From Vibrio cholerae ATCC 14035 (lineage in GTDB: Bacteria; Pseudomonadota; Gammaproteobacteria; Enterobacterales; Vibrionaceae), in assembly GCF_000621645.1 (NCBI RefSeq), contig NZ_KK211322.1, positions 51,717 to 83,716 on the forward strand: 32,000 nt of DNA, in the 5' to 3' direction. The position numbers were made by a program, and so were the translations under genes. The first letter of the stretch is position 1; each line of letters starts with the position of its first letter. The notes below the pieces were generated by a model. It did not search any database. It saw only the letters and a list, made by a program, of their open reading frames with translations, and had not been told where the DNA came from. Below, in pieces: positions 19,170 to 27,706 of this stretch.

Positions 19170-19196
19170 TATGACTCAAAAACCTTTACAAAGTTC
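19170..19196 (-). promoter_or_regulatory. Candidate sigmaE (RpoE)-type promoter for degQ/htrA
   Basis: The minus strand reads ggtGAACTT-tgtaaaggtttttgag(16 nt)-TCATAa. Compare the E. coli sigmaE pattern GGAACTT-N16-TCTGA/TCAAA seen at degP. It lies about 75-100 nt upstream of the start codon. Confidence 0.35.
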
Positions 19197-19218
19197 ACCG
19201 TAAAGTAGCGGGAATCGA

Positions 19219-19656
19219 TTAGCTGGCTTTGGCGTTAAGCAAATCCGCTGAGCGAATGATTGCTTTTTCTTCACCGCGCAAAAGTCCTGTGGCACCCAAT
19301 GCGTAATCTTTAGGTGGTTGTTCGAGCTCTTCTGGCTGTTTGCTCTCTTCTTTTTGCTGAGCCAATTTACTGAATGGGTTATCTTGCTCAGGTAAATTGG
19401 GGATCAAATCGGTAGCGGTTTTCGCCATGTGTTGATACAGCTTAGTGTAATCTTTTCCCAGGGTATCGAGCATTTCTGCTGTCTGCGCAAAGTGATCAGA
19501 CAGTTCTTGGCGCTGCTGCTCTAAGGTGAATTTTGCGCTCTCGAGTTCTTTTTGCAGGTTCTTCTGCGTCTTATATTGAGGGGTAGTCAAACGAGCAATC
19601 AGCATCCCGACAGCAATCCCCACTAGCAATCCAGCAATGGCATAGATCCAAGGCAT
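19219..19656 (-). CDS. zapG: YhcB/ZapG (DUF1043) membrane-anchored divisome/envelope-associated protein
   Basis: 145 aa. N-terminal TM helix (WIYAIAGLLVGIAVGMLIA) followed by a coiled-coil (ELESAKFTLEQQRQELSDHF). AAGGAG lies 5 nt upstream. It is divergent from zapE, as in E. coli. Confidence 0.85.
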   Translation of the reverse strand: MPWIYAIAGLLVGIAVGMLIARLTTPQYKTQKNLQKELESAKFTLEQQRQELSDHFAQTAEMLDTLGKDYTKLYQHMAKTATDLIPNLPEQDNPFSKLAQQKEESKQPEELEQPPKDYALGATGLLRGEEKAIIRSADLLNAKAS

Positions 19657-19809
19657 AACAGCTCCTTATTGTTGTTATTTAACATGTTTTTTACCCATCG
19701 GTTACACATGTACGAGGGACATGTTACTATGAGACCCAAGTTGGATAAAGCAAAATGCACGTCAGCTATTTTGCGTTTATGGCTCTCCTTGTAACTGTAG
19801 TAGACCAAG

Positions 19810-20913
19810 ATGACTCCGAAGCAGCGATACGAAAAAGATTTACAACGCACTGATTTTTATAGTGATGAAGCACAGGCACGTGCCGTCGATGCCTTAGATA
19901 ATTTGTATCACCAATGGCTAAATTACCTCAATCAGCCAGTGGTACGACCTTCTGTATGGCAAAAGCTCATCGGTAAGAAGCCAACAGTGACGCAACCGCC
20001 ACAAGGTCTCTATATGTGGGGAGGTGTCGGACGCGGTAAAACCTATCTTATGGATACTTTTTTTGAAGCCTTGCCGACAGAAAAGAAGCTTAGGGTTCAT
20101 TTTCATCGCTTTATGTATCGGGTGCACGATGAATTACGCACTTTATCAGACGTCAGTGATCCGCTTGAAATTGTGGCTGATCGCTTTTGTGCTGAGGCAA
20201 ACATTATCTGTTTTGATGAGTTTTTCGTCTCGGATATTACCGATGCGATGATCCTTGGAACTCTGTTCGAGGCCTTATTTAGACGCGGTATCGTATTGGT
20301 AGCCACTTCGAATATTGCCCCCAAGGATTTGTACCGCAATGGGTTACAGCGAGCCCGATTCCTACCTGCAATTGCGTTGGTGGAAATGCATTGTCAGATC
20401 CTAAATGTAGATAGTGGTGTCGATTATCGTTTGAGAACCTTACAGCAAGCGGAAATTTATCATTACCCTTTAGACAGTAAAGCGACCGATAACCTACAGC
20501 GTTACTTCCAGCAGTTGATCAGCTCAGAGCAGACTCCAGAGACGCAGATCGACGTGAATCACCGAATGATTACGGTTGAAGCGGCAGGAGACGGAGTATT
20601 GTATGCGACCTTTGCTCAGTTATGCCAAACGGCACGTAGCCAAAATGACTATATTGAGCTGTCGAAAATTTATCACACCGTGCTGCTGGCGGATGTCAAA
20701 CAGATGAACAAAAGTAGCGATGATGCCGCGAGGCGCTTTATTGCGCTGGTGGATGAGTTTTATGAGCGACATGTAAAGTTAATTATTTCTGCTGAAGTGC
20801 CCCTTACCGATCTGTATACCGATGGTTTGTTAGAATTTGAATTTAAACGCTGCCAATCACGCTTAATTGAAATGCAAAGTCATGATTACTTAGCGAAGGA
20901 GCACTTGGGCTGA
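19810..20913 (+). CDS. zapE: Cell division ATPase ZapE (AFG1-like)
   Basis: 367 aa. Walker A GGVGRGKT, Walker B ICFDEFFVSD, AFG1 family architecture. Confidence 0.9.
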   Translation: MTPKQRYEKDLQRTDFYSDEAQARAVDALDNLYHQWLNYLNQPVVRPSVWQKLIGKKPTVTQPPQGLYMWGGVGRGKTYLMDTFFEALPTEKKLRVHFHRFMYRVHDELRTLSDVSDPLEIVADRFCAEANIICFDEFFVSDITDAMILGTLFEALFRRGIVLVATSNIAPKDLYRNGLQRARFLPAIALVEMHCQILNVDSGVDYRLRTLQQAEIYHYPLDSKATDNLQRYFQQLISSEQTPETQIDVNHRMITVEAAGDGVLYATFAQLCQTARSQNDYIELSKIYHTVLLADVKQMNKSSDDAARRFIALVDEFYERHVKLIISAEVPLTDLYTDGLLEFEFKRCQSRLIEMQSHDYLAKEHLG

Positions 20914-20972
20914 GCACAAAATGGCTTCCCCAGTAAGGCGTGGATTTTTTTTCTCTTTTCATGCAAAAAAAG

Positions 20973-21001
20973 GTGATTTTTTCTGCGCCCTTCTCTATAA
21001 T
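20973..21001 (+). promoter_or_regulatory. Candidate rplM-rpsI promoter with upstream A/T tracts
   Basis: Perfect -10 TATAAT (20996-21001). The -35 is weak (GTGATT at 17-nt spacing). T8 and A7 tracts at 20945-20970 could act as an UP element. Confidence 0.3.
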
Positions 21002-21136
21002 CCTGCGACCCACCGTTACTGCAGGTCCTTTGTGGCCGAGAGTGCCACCCACTCGAAGGGGTGATGACTGGGCTCTTAGACAGTGGGAGCGAAAGCTCCT
21101 TGAAGTGTAAATTTAAATTAACGGGTTATTATTAGC
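21002..21136 (+). promoter_or_regulatory. Structured 5' leader of rplM (candidate L13 autoregulatory element)
   Basis: Nested helices are readable: CCTGC(21002-06)/GCAGG(21021-25); GTGGC(21032-36)/GCCAC(21044-48); long-range CCCACT(21048-53)/AGTGGG(21082-87); GGAGC-GAAA-GCTCC (21086-21099, GNRA loop). The rplM RBS itself is weak. Confidence 0.45.
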
Positions 21137-21565
21137 ATGAAAACTTTCGTTGCTAAACCAGAAACTGTAAAACGCGACTGGTACGTTGTAGACGCTGAAG
21201 GTAAAACTCTTGGCCGTCTAGCAAGTGAAATTGCATCTCGCCTACGTGGCAAACACAAAGCTGAATACACTCCACACGTTGACACTGGTGATTACATCAT
21301 CGTTGTTAATGCGGAGAAAGTTACTGTTACAGGTAACAAGGCTAAGAACAAGATGTACCACCGTCACTCTGAGTTCCCAGGTGGCCTGAAGTCATTCAGC
21401 TTCGAGAAGCTGATTGAGCGTAAGCCAGAAATGGTACTTGAGTTAGCGGTTAAAGGTATGTTGCCAAAAGGTCCTCTAGGCCGTGCTATGTACCGTAAGC
21501 TGAAAGTTTACGCTGGCGCTGAGCACAACCATGCTGCTCAACAACCAAAAGTACTGGACATCTAA
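21137..21565 (+). CDS. rplM: 50S ribosomal protein L13
   Basis: 142 aa, [28 protein letters not shown]... Confidence 0.97.
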
Positions 21566-21973
<408 letters not shown>

Positions 21974-22019
21974 TTTTTCCTTTTGGAAAAATACGCTCCA
22001 GTGTTACTGGATGTGGTTC

Positions 22020-22048
22020 AAAAACCCGGCTTTATGGCCGGGTTTTTT
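22020..22048 (+). terminator. Rho-independent terminator of rplM-rpsI
   Basis: AAAAA-CCCGGC (22025-30), loop TTTATG, GCCGGG (22037-42), TTTTTT (22043-48). Confidence 0.85.
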
Positions 22049-22173
22049 ACATCTCAAGGTCTGCTTGGCAGATTCCTAATTCCCCTCTTCTCAATACTCG
22101 ATAAATAAGTTGTTCCTTTTGTGATGCCGCGAGCGATTTGAATTGACAAATGTTACAGAAAGGTAGCTTTATC

Positions 22174-22202
22174 TTGTCAAAAAGTAGGGTTTTATTTATC
22201 AT
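22174..22202 (+). promoter_or_regulatory. Candidate sigma70 promoter of petABC
   Basis: TTGTCA (22174-79), 17-nt spacer, TATCAT (22197-22202), in an AT-rich stretch. An AT-only inverted repeat TATTTAT-N13-ATAAATA (22193-22219) overlaps the -10. Confidence 0.3.
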
Positions 22203-22300
22203 TTGCTATCAAATAAATACAAAATAAACTCGTGTTTGTTAGCCTTGCTCTTTAAACGGAATAAGCAGGATCCATAAGGAGCAAATGGGAGAATGTCTGG

Positions 22301-22894
22301 ATGAGTAATGCGCCTCTAAATCAAGGCCGCAGACGATTTCTGACCGCTACAACGGCCGTTGTGGGTGGTTTAGGAGCCGTTGCGGTTGCCGTACCTTTTA
22401 TAAAATCGTGGAACCCGAGCGCGAAAGCAAAAGCGGCCGGTGCCCCTGTCGAGGTTGAAATCAGTAAACTCGAAGAAGGGCAGATGGTTCGTGTTGAATG
22501 GCGTGGTAAGCCTGTTTGGGTGGTTCGTCGTTCACAAGCTGTCGTTGAAGGTTTGAAAAGTCACGAAAACCAACTTCGTGATCCGAATTCTGACGAGCTA
22601 CAACAGCCTAATTATGCTCAGAATCCTTATCGTTCGATTAAGCCTGAGTACTTTATCGCAGTCGGTATTTGTACTCATTTGGGTTGCTCACCAACTTATC
22701 TTCCAGATTCTTTTTCTGAGCAAGTCCAAGGGGTTAAGTCTGGATTCTTCTGTCCATGTCATGGTTCAAAATTTGATATGGCAGGGCGAGTATTCCAAGC
22801 TGTTCCGGCACCACTAAATCTTGTTATCCCGCCGCACATGTATCTCAGTGATACGCGGATCGTGATTGGTCTTGATGAGACAGGGGAGGCATAA
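22301..22894 (+). CDS. petA: Ubiquinol-cytochrome c reductase Rieske iron-sulfur subunit
   Basis: 197 aa. Tat-type signal/anchor (RRRFLTATTAVVGGLGA) and Rieske boxes CTHLGC and CPCHGS. Confidence 0.95.
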   Translation: MSNAPLNQGRRRFLTATTAVVGGLGAVAVAVPFIKSWNPSAKAKAAGAPVEVEISKLEEGQMVRVEWRGKPVWVVRRSQAVVEGLKSHENQLRDPNSDELQQPNYAQNPYRSIKPEYFIAVGICTHLGCSPTYLPDSFSEQVQGVKSGFFCPCHGSKFDMAGRVFQAVPAPLNLVIPPHMYLSDTRIVIGLDETGEA

Positions 22895-24159
22895 TGCAAG
22901 CTCTACTTGATTGGGTAGAAAAACGCCTACCTGCCATGAATGCGTACAAGAAACACCTTTCAGAATACCCAATGCCAAAGAACTTTAACTTTTGGTATCT
23001 GTTTGGTTCGCTTGCGATGTTGGTTTTGGTCAACCAACTCCTGACCGGTATTTGGTTAACCATGAACTATGTGCCATCGGGAGAGGGCGCTTTTGCTTCG
23101 ATTGAATACATCATGCGTGATGTGGAGTACGGCTGGTTATTGCGTTATATGCATTCAACCGGGGCTTCTGCATTTTTCGTGGTAGTTTATCTGCACATGT
23201 TCCGTGGCTTGATTTATGGATCATACCAAAAGCCTCGTGAGCTATTGTGGATCTTCGGTATGCTGATTTTCCTTGTGTTGATGGCAGAAGCCTTTATGGG
23301 CTACTTGTTACCTTGGGGACAGATGTCTTACTGGGGCGCACAGGTAATCATTTCGCTGTTTGGTGCAATTCCGGTTATTGGTGATGATCTCACGCTGTGG
23401 ATCCGTGGTGACTATGTCATTTCTGGTGCCACACTAAACCGTTTCTTTGCTTTGCATGTGATTGCGTTGCCAATCGTATTACTGCTTTTGATCGTGCTGC
23501 ATATTCTGGCTCTGCACGAAGTTGGCTCAAATAACCCTGATGGTATTGAGACTAAATTGCCAAAAGGTTCAATGGGTGAAGGCTACGAATCACAGTTTAA
23601 ATTCCATGAGTACTACACTAAGAAGTACGACATTATCGATTCGATCCCATTCCATCCTTATGGCACGGTGAAAGATTTAATTGGTGTTGCGGGATTCTTA
23701 TTCTTGTTCTGCTATGTGTTGTTCTTCAATCCAGAGATGGGAGGATACTTCCTTGAGCCGCCCAACTTTGAAGCAGCTAACCCACTGAAAACACCAGAAC
23801 ATATTGCGCCTGTTTGGTACTTTACGCCGTTTTACGCCATCTTGCGTGCGGTTCCAGATAAGCTGCTAGGGGTTATCGCGATGGGGGCATCGATTGTTGT
23901 ATTGTTCCTGTTACCTTGGCTGGATCGTTGTAAGGTTCGTTCTTACCGTTATCGTAGCAAATTCCATTTATTCAATATTGCCCAGTTCACTGTTAGCTTT
24001 ATTGCCTTAGGGATTTTAGGCGCGCTACCTGCAACTCCAACCTACACACTGTTGGCTCAGATATTTAGCTTGTGTTACTTCATGTTCTTTGTGTTGCTGT
24101 TCTTCTACAGCAAAAACGAAGCCACTAAGCCATTACCAACAAGGGTGACATACAAATGA
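22894..24159 (+). CDS. petB: Cytochrome b of the bc1 complex
   Basis: 421-aa polytopic protein with haem-ligand His pairs in helices B and D, and the PEWY-like region (PEHIAPVWYF). Its start overlaps the petA stop (TAATG), preceded by GGGGAGG. Confidence 0.95.
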   Translation: MQALLDWVEKRLPAMNAYKKHLSEYPMPKNFNFWYLFGSLAMLVLVNQLLTGIWLTMNYVPSGEGAFASIEYIMRDVEYGWLLRYMHSTGASAFFVVVYLHMFRGLIYGSYQKPRELLWIFGMLIFLVLMAEAFMGYLLPWGQMSYWGAQVIISLFGAIPVIGDDLTLWIRGDYVISGATLNRFFALHVIALPIVLLLLIVLHILALHEVGSNNPDGIETKLPKGSMGEGYESQFKFHEYYTKKYDIIDSIPFHPYGTVKDLIGVAGFLFLFCYVLFFNPEMGGYFLEPPNFEAANPLKTPEHIAPVWYFTPFYAILRAVPDKLLGVIAMGASIVVLFLLPWLDRCKVRSYRYRSKFHLFNIAQFTVSFIALGILGALPATPTYTLLAQIFSLCYFMFFVLLFFYSKNEATKPLPTRVTYK

Positions 24160-24893
24160 AAAAATGGATTGTAGTTTTGTTTGCTATGCTGCCTTCACTG
24201 GCGATGGCGGCTGGAGCAAATGTGCATTTAGATAAAGCGAATAACGATTTGACGGATCAGGCTTCGCTACAAAATGGTGCCAAGCTGTTTATGAATTACT
24301 GCTTTGGTTGCCATTCTACTCAATATCAACGTTATGAACGGGTTGCCAATGATCTTGGCATCCCAGCTGATTTAATGAAGGAAAACCTGATTTTTGATCC
24401 TGAGACCAAAATTGGTCAATTGATGGAAAATGCGATTCCCGATAAATCGGCAGCGAAATGGTTTGGTGCGCCACCACCAGATTTGACACTGGTTGCTCGT
24501 GTGCGTGGAACCGATTGGTTGTATACCTATTTGCGCTCATTTTACACGGATCCTTCACGTCCTTTTGGCGTGAATAACATTGTGTTTCCAAGCGTAGGTA
24601 TGCCCCATGTTCTTGAAGAGCTTCAAGGTACTCCTGAGCCTATTTTTGAAACCAAAGTCGTCGATGGCAATGAGGTTCAACATGTGGTTGGCGTGAAGTC
24701 ACGTGGAAACGGTGAATTGAGTGAAGGGGAATATAACCAAGCAGTACGTGACTTGGTGAATTTCTTGGAATATTCCGGTGAGCCGATGAAGCTTGAGCGC
24801 CAAAACTTAGGCTGGTGGACAATGGGTTTCTTAGTGATCTTCACCATTGTCGTTGTCGCACTCAAGAAAGAGTATTGGCGTGATGTGCACTAA
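24156..24893 (+). CDS. petC: Cytochrome c1
   Basis: 245 aa. Signal peptide, haem-binding CFGCHS, and a C-terminal TM anchor. ATGA overlap with petB. Confidence 0.93.
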   Translation: MKKWIVVLFAMLPSLAMAAGANVHLDKANNDLTDQASLQNGAKLFMNYCFGCHSTQYQRYERVANDLGIPADLMKENLIFDPETKIGQLMENAIPDKSAAKWFGAPPPDLTLVARVRGTDWLYTYLRSFYTDPSRPFGVNNIVFPSVGMPHVLEELQGTPEPIFETKVVDGNEVQHVVGVKSRGNGELSEGEYNQAVRDLVNFLEYSGEPMKLERQNLGWWTMGFLVIFTIVVVALKKEYWRDVH

Positions 24894-24937
24894 TTGTGCT
24901 ATTATGCTGCGCTAATTCCCGATTGTTAACTCATCAG

Positions 24938-24966
24938 TGGAGGCTCTAGCCTCCATTGATTTTTTG
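24938..24966 (+). terminator. Rho-independent terminator of petABC
   Basis: TGGAGGC (24938-44), loop TCTA, GCCTCCA (24949-55), then TTGATTTTTT. Confidence 0.75.
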
Positions 24967-24992
24967 TACCCGCATCTGTACTGGAGGGCTCC

Positions 24993-25628
24993 ATGGCTGT
25001 AGCTGCCAACAAACGTTCTGTGATGACTCTATTTTCAAGTGCATCTGACATGTATAGCCATCAGGTTCGCATTGTGCTAGCTGAAAAAGGCGTCAGTTTT
25101 GAAGTTGAGTTGGTTGATGAGAACAACCTTCCAGCGGAACTGATTGAGCTAAATCCTTATAAAACAGTTCCAACACTGGTTGATCGCGAGCTTGCTCTGT
25201 ATGACTCAAAGATCATCATGGAATACTTAGATGAGCGTTTCCCTCATCCGCCACTTATGCCTGTTTACCCAGTTGCACGTGGTAACAGCCGTCTGATGAT
25301 TTATCGTATCGAAAGAAACTGGTATTCATTGGCAGAAAAAGTAGTGAATGGTTCTCCTGAAGTTGCTGAAAATGCACGTAATAAGCTACGCAATGATCTG
25401 TTAACTTTAGGGCCTGTGTTTGCTGAGTTTGAATACTTCATGAGTGAAGAGTTCAGTCTGATCGATTGCTATCTTGCTCCACTGTTATGGCGTTTGCCTG
25501 TGCTGGGCATTGATTTAATTGGCCCTGGCTCAAAAGAGCTGAAAGTGTATATGAACCGTGTATTTGAACGTGATTCATTCTTGGCTTCACTGACTGAAGC
25601 TGAACGCGAGATGCGTCTGGCTCGCTAA
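24993..25628 (+). CDS. sspA: Stringent starvation protein A (GST-fold, RNAP-associated)
   Basis: 211 aa, MAVAANKRSVMTLFS...HQVRIVLAEKGV..., collinear with E. coli SspA. GGAGGG RBS. Confidence 0.95.
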   Translation: MAVAANKRSVMTLFSSASDMYSHQVRIVLAEKGVSFEVELVDENNLPAELIELNPYKTVPTLVDRELALYDSKIIMEYLDERFPHPPLMPVYPVARGNSRLMIYRIERNWYSLAEKVVNGSPEVAENARNKLRNDLLTLGPVFAEFEYFMSEEFSLIDCYLAPLLWRLPVLGIDLIGPGSKELKVYMNRVFERDSFLASLTEAEREMRLAR

Positions 25629-26104
25629 TGGATGCCGGAATGGATATTGGTCACATGACACCACGCCGACCATATTTGCTACGTGCATTTTATGATTGGT
25701 TACTGGAAAATGAATTAACGCCGCACCTCGTCGTTGATGCCACTTTACCGGGCGTGAAGGTACCACTTGAATACGTTCAAGATGGTCAAATTATTCTGAA
25801 TGTTGCTCCACGAGCAGTGGGAAACCTAGAGTTGGGCAATGATGAAGTGACCTTTAATGCCCGTTTCGGTGGTCGTCCTCATTTGGTTATCGTGCCTATT
25901 TATGCTGTGCAGGCCATTTATGCCCGTGAAAATGGCGCAGGCACTATGTTTGAGCCGGAGCCTGCTTATCTAGATATGATGGATTTTCCTGAAGAGATTG
26001 ATTCAGATGACTCCTTGATTGAGCTGGAAAGCGATGTTGCGGTTGAGCACACTGAAGAGACTCCACGCCCTAGAGGCAAACCGAGTTTACGTGTCGTGAA
26101 GTAA
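25628..26104 (+). CDS. sspB: ClpXP adaptor stringent starvation protein B
   Basis: 158 aa. TPRRPYLLRAFYDWLLENELTPHLVVD matches the E. coli SspB N-domain, followed by an acidic linker and a C-terminal ClpX-binding tail (LRVVK). TAATG overlap with sspA. Confidence 0.93.
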   Translation: MDAGMDIGHMTPRRPYLLRAFYDWLLENELTPHLVVDATLPGVKVPLEYVQDGQIILNVAPRAVGNLELGNDEVTFNARFGGRPHLVIVPIYAVQAIYARENGAGTMFEPEPAYLDMMDFPEEIDSDDSLIELESDVAVEHTEETPRPRGKPSLRVVK

Positions 26105-26121
26105 ATAAATCTCATGAAATC

Positions 26122-26150
26122 AAAAAGGCAGTGGTCATCGCTGCCTTTTT
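26122..26150. terminator. Shared hairpin terminator between convergent sspB (+) and dolP (-)
   Basis: AAAAAGGCAG...CTGCCTTTTT (26122-26150) with A and T flanks. The stem is short (5-7 bp) around a loop of 5-9 nt. Confidence 0.6.
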
Positions 26151-26171
26151 CATATCCCACTCTCAAAATCG

Positions 26172-26741
26172 TTACTGAGCGTAATCAAACGCCTTCACAA
26201 CCTGTTTCACACCTATGATATTTCTTGCGACACCAATGGCCATCTCTGCGTGTTCAGGAGAAACGTATCCAAACAGATAAACGACGCGATCCTCTGTCAC
26301 CACTTTAATTTTAATGCCGTTGAGCTCAGATTTCGTTAAAAGCGCCGATTTTACCTTGGTGGTTATCCAACTATCGTTGCTGATTTCACCAACGGAGAGT
26401 GGCGCTTTAATTTGCACTTGGTTATGCAGCTCTTTGACACCTTTGAGTTGACGAGCCTGAGCAATAAATTGCTCTAAGATCGCTTCATTGCGTGACTGTC
26501 CCAATAAAACGACGGTTCCACGGTAAGCAACGGCAGAAATGCGCGCATCTTTGCGGTAAGGTTCTTTATTGGCAAGGCCTGCAACTTCAAGTTCAACATT
26601 GTTATCTTGCCAGATCTCTTGCGTGCTGCGCGGATCGGTCACAATATTGGCTGTGGTTGCGGCACCCGCGATAAACAGTCCGGCACACCCTGTTAGAGTG
26701 GCGAGCAAACCGGAAACGATAAGAAGTCTAATGCTTTTCAT
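26172..26741 (-). CDS. dolP: Dual-BON-domain outer-membrane lipoprotein DolP (YraP)
   Basis: 189 aa. Lipobox LTGC|AG and two BON domains. Collinear with E. coli YraP (TDPRS, SNDSWITTKVKSALL). Confidence 0.85.
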   Translation of the reverse strand: MKSIRLLIVSGLLATLTGCAGLFIAGAATTANIVTDPRSTQEIWQDNNVELEVAGLANKEPYRKDARISAVAYRGTVVLLGQSRNEAILEQFIAQARQLKGVKELHNQVQIKAPLSVGEISNDSWITTKVKSALLTKSELNGIKIKVVTEDRVVYLFGYVSPEHAEMAIGVARNIIGVKQVVKAFDYAQ

Positions 26742-26743
26742 AT

Positions 26744-27337
<594 letters not shown>

Positions 27338-27706
27338 TTATCCTTCAGTAATAGCGTTTTTTAACCAATCAATATGTTGCCCTTGTTGATGAATGGCAAT
27401 CACATCAAAACGAAAATCCGCACTGTGACTATTCATCTTGTTGGCGAGCATCCAACAATTTGCGGCTTTGATCAAGCGAGCACGCTTGGTTCTTGTGACG
27501 GTTTCCGCGGCGTGACCATGTTGAGTGTTGTTTCGATAGCGTACTTCGACAAACACTAATGTGTTTCCATCACGCATGATTAAGTCTAATTCGCCAAAAC
27601 GGTAGTTCACATTTTGTGTGACTAGAGTAAGGCCTTGGCGGCGAAGATAGTCCGCCGCCATTTGTTCATAATGATTTCCTTGGTGCCTAGAATTAACGAA
27701 CACCAT
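27338..27706 (-). CDS. yraN: UPF0102 YraN-family (Holliday-junction-resolvase-like endonuclease fold) protein
   Basis: GELDLIMRDGNTLVFVEVRYR...FRFDVIAI matches the YraN family. I prefer the ATG at 27706 (122 aa), which overlaps the lpoA 3' end by 14 nt. The ORF track allows a start at 27751 (137 aa). Confidence 0.8.
   Translation of the reverse strand: MVFVNSRHQGNHYEQMAADYLRRQGLTLVTQNVNYRFGELDLIMRDGNTLVFVEVRYRNNTQHGHAAETVTRTKRARLIKAANCWMLANKMNSHSADFRFDVIAIHQQGQHIDWLKNAITEG

Noticed and set aside
19144-19180. Plus-strand GAAACTT ... TCAAA resembling a sigmaE promoter.
   Set aside because: The spacing is 25 nt against the required roughly 16 nt. It would also fire antisense into zapG. The minus-strand candidate at 19170-19196 fits better.
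20921-21064. A roughly 47-codon plus-strand ORF (MASPVRRGFFFSFHAKKGDFF...) in the zapE-rplM spacer, and a 21-codon ORF at 31341 in the hapR-hpt spacer.
   Set aside because: Neither has a Shine-Dalgarno sequence. Both span predicted promoters or leaders, and their sequences are dominated by translated T/A tracts.
22193-22219. Inverted repeat TATTTAT-N13-ATAAATA, and an ATCAA half-site resembling FNR, upstream of petA.
   Set aside because: The repeat is AT-only within AT-rich DNA and so carries little information. The putative FNR left half-site matches only 2 of 5 positions. It is mentioned under the promoter feature only.
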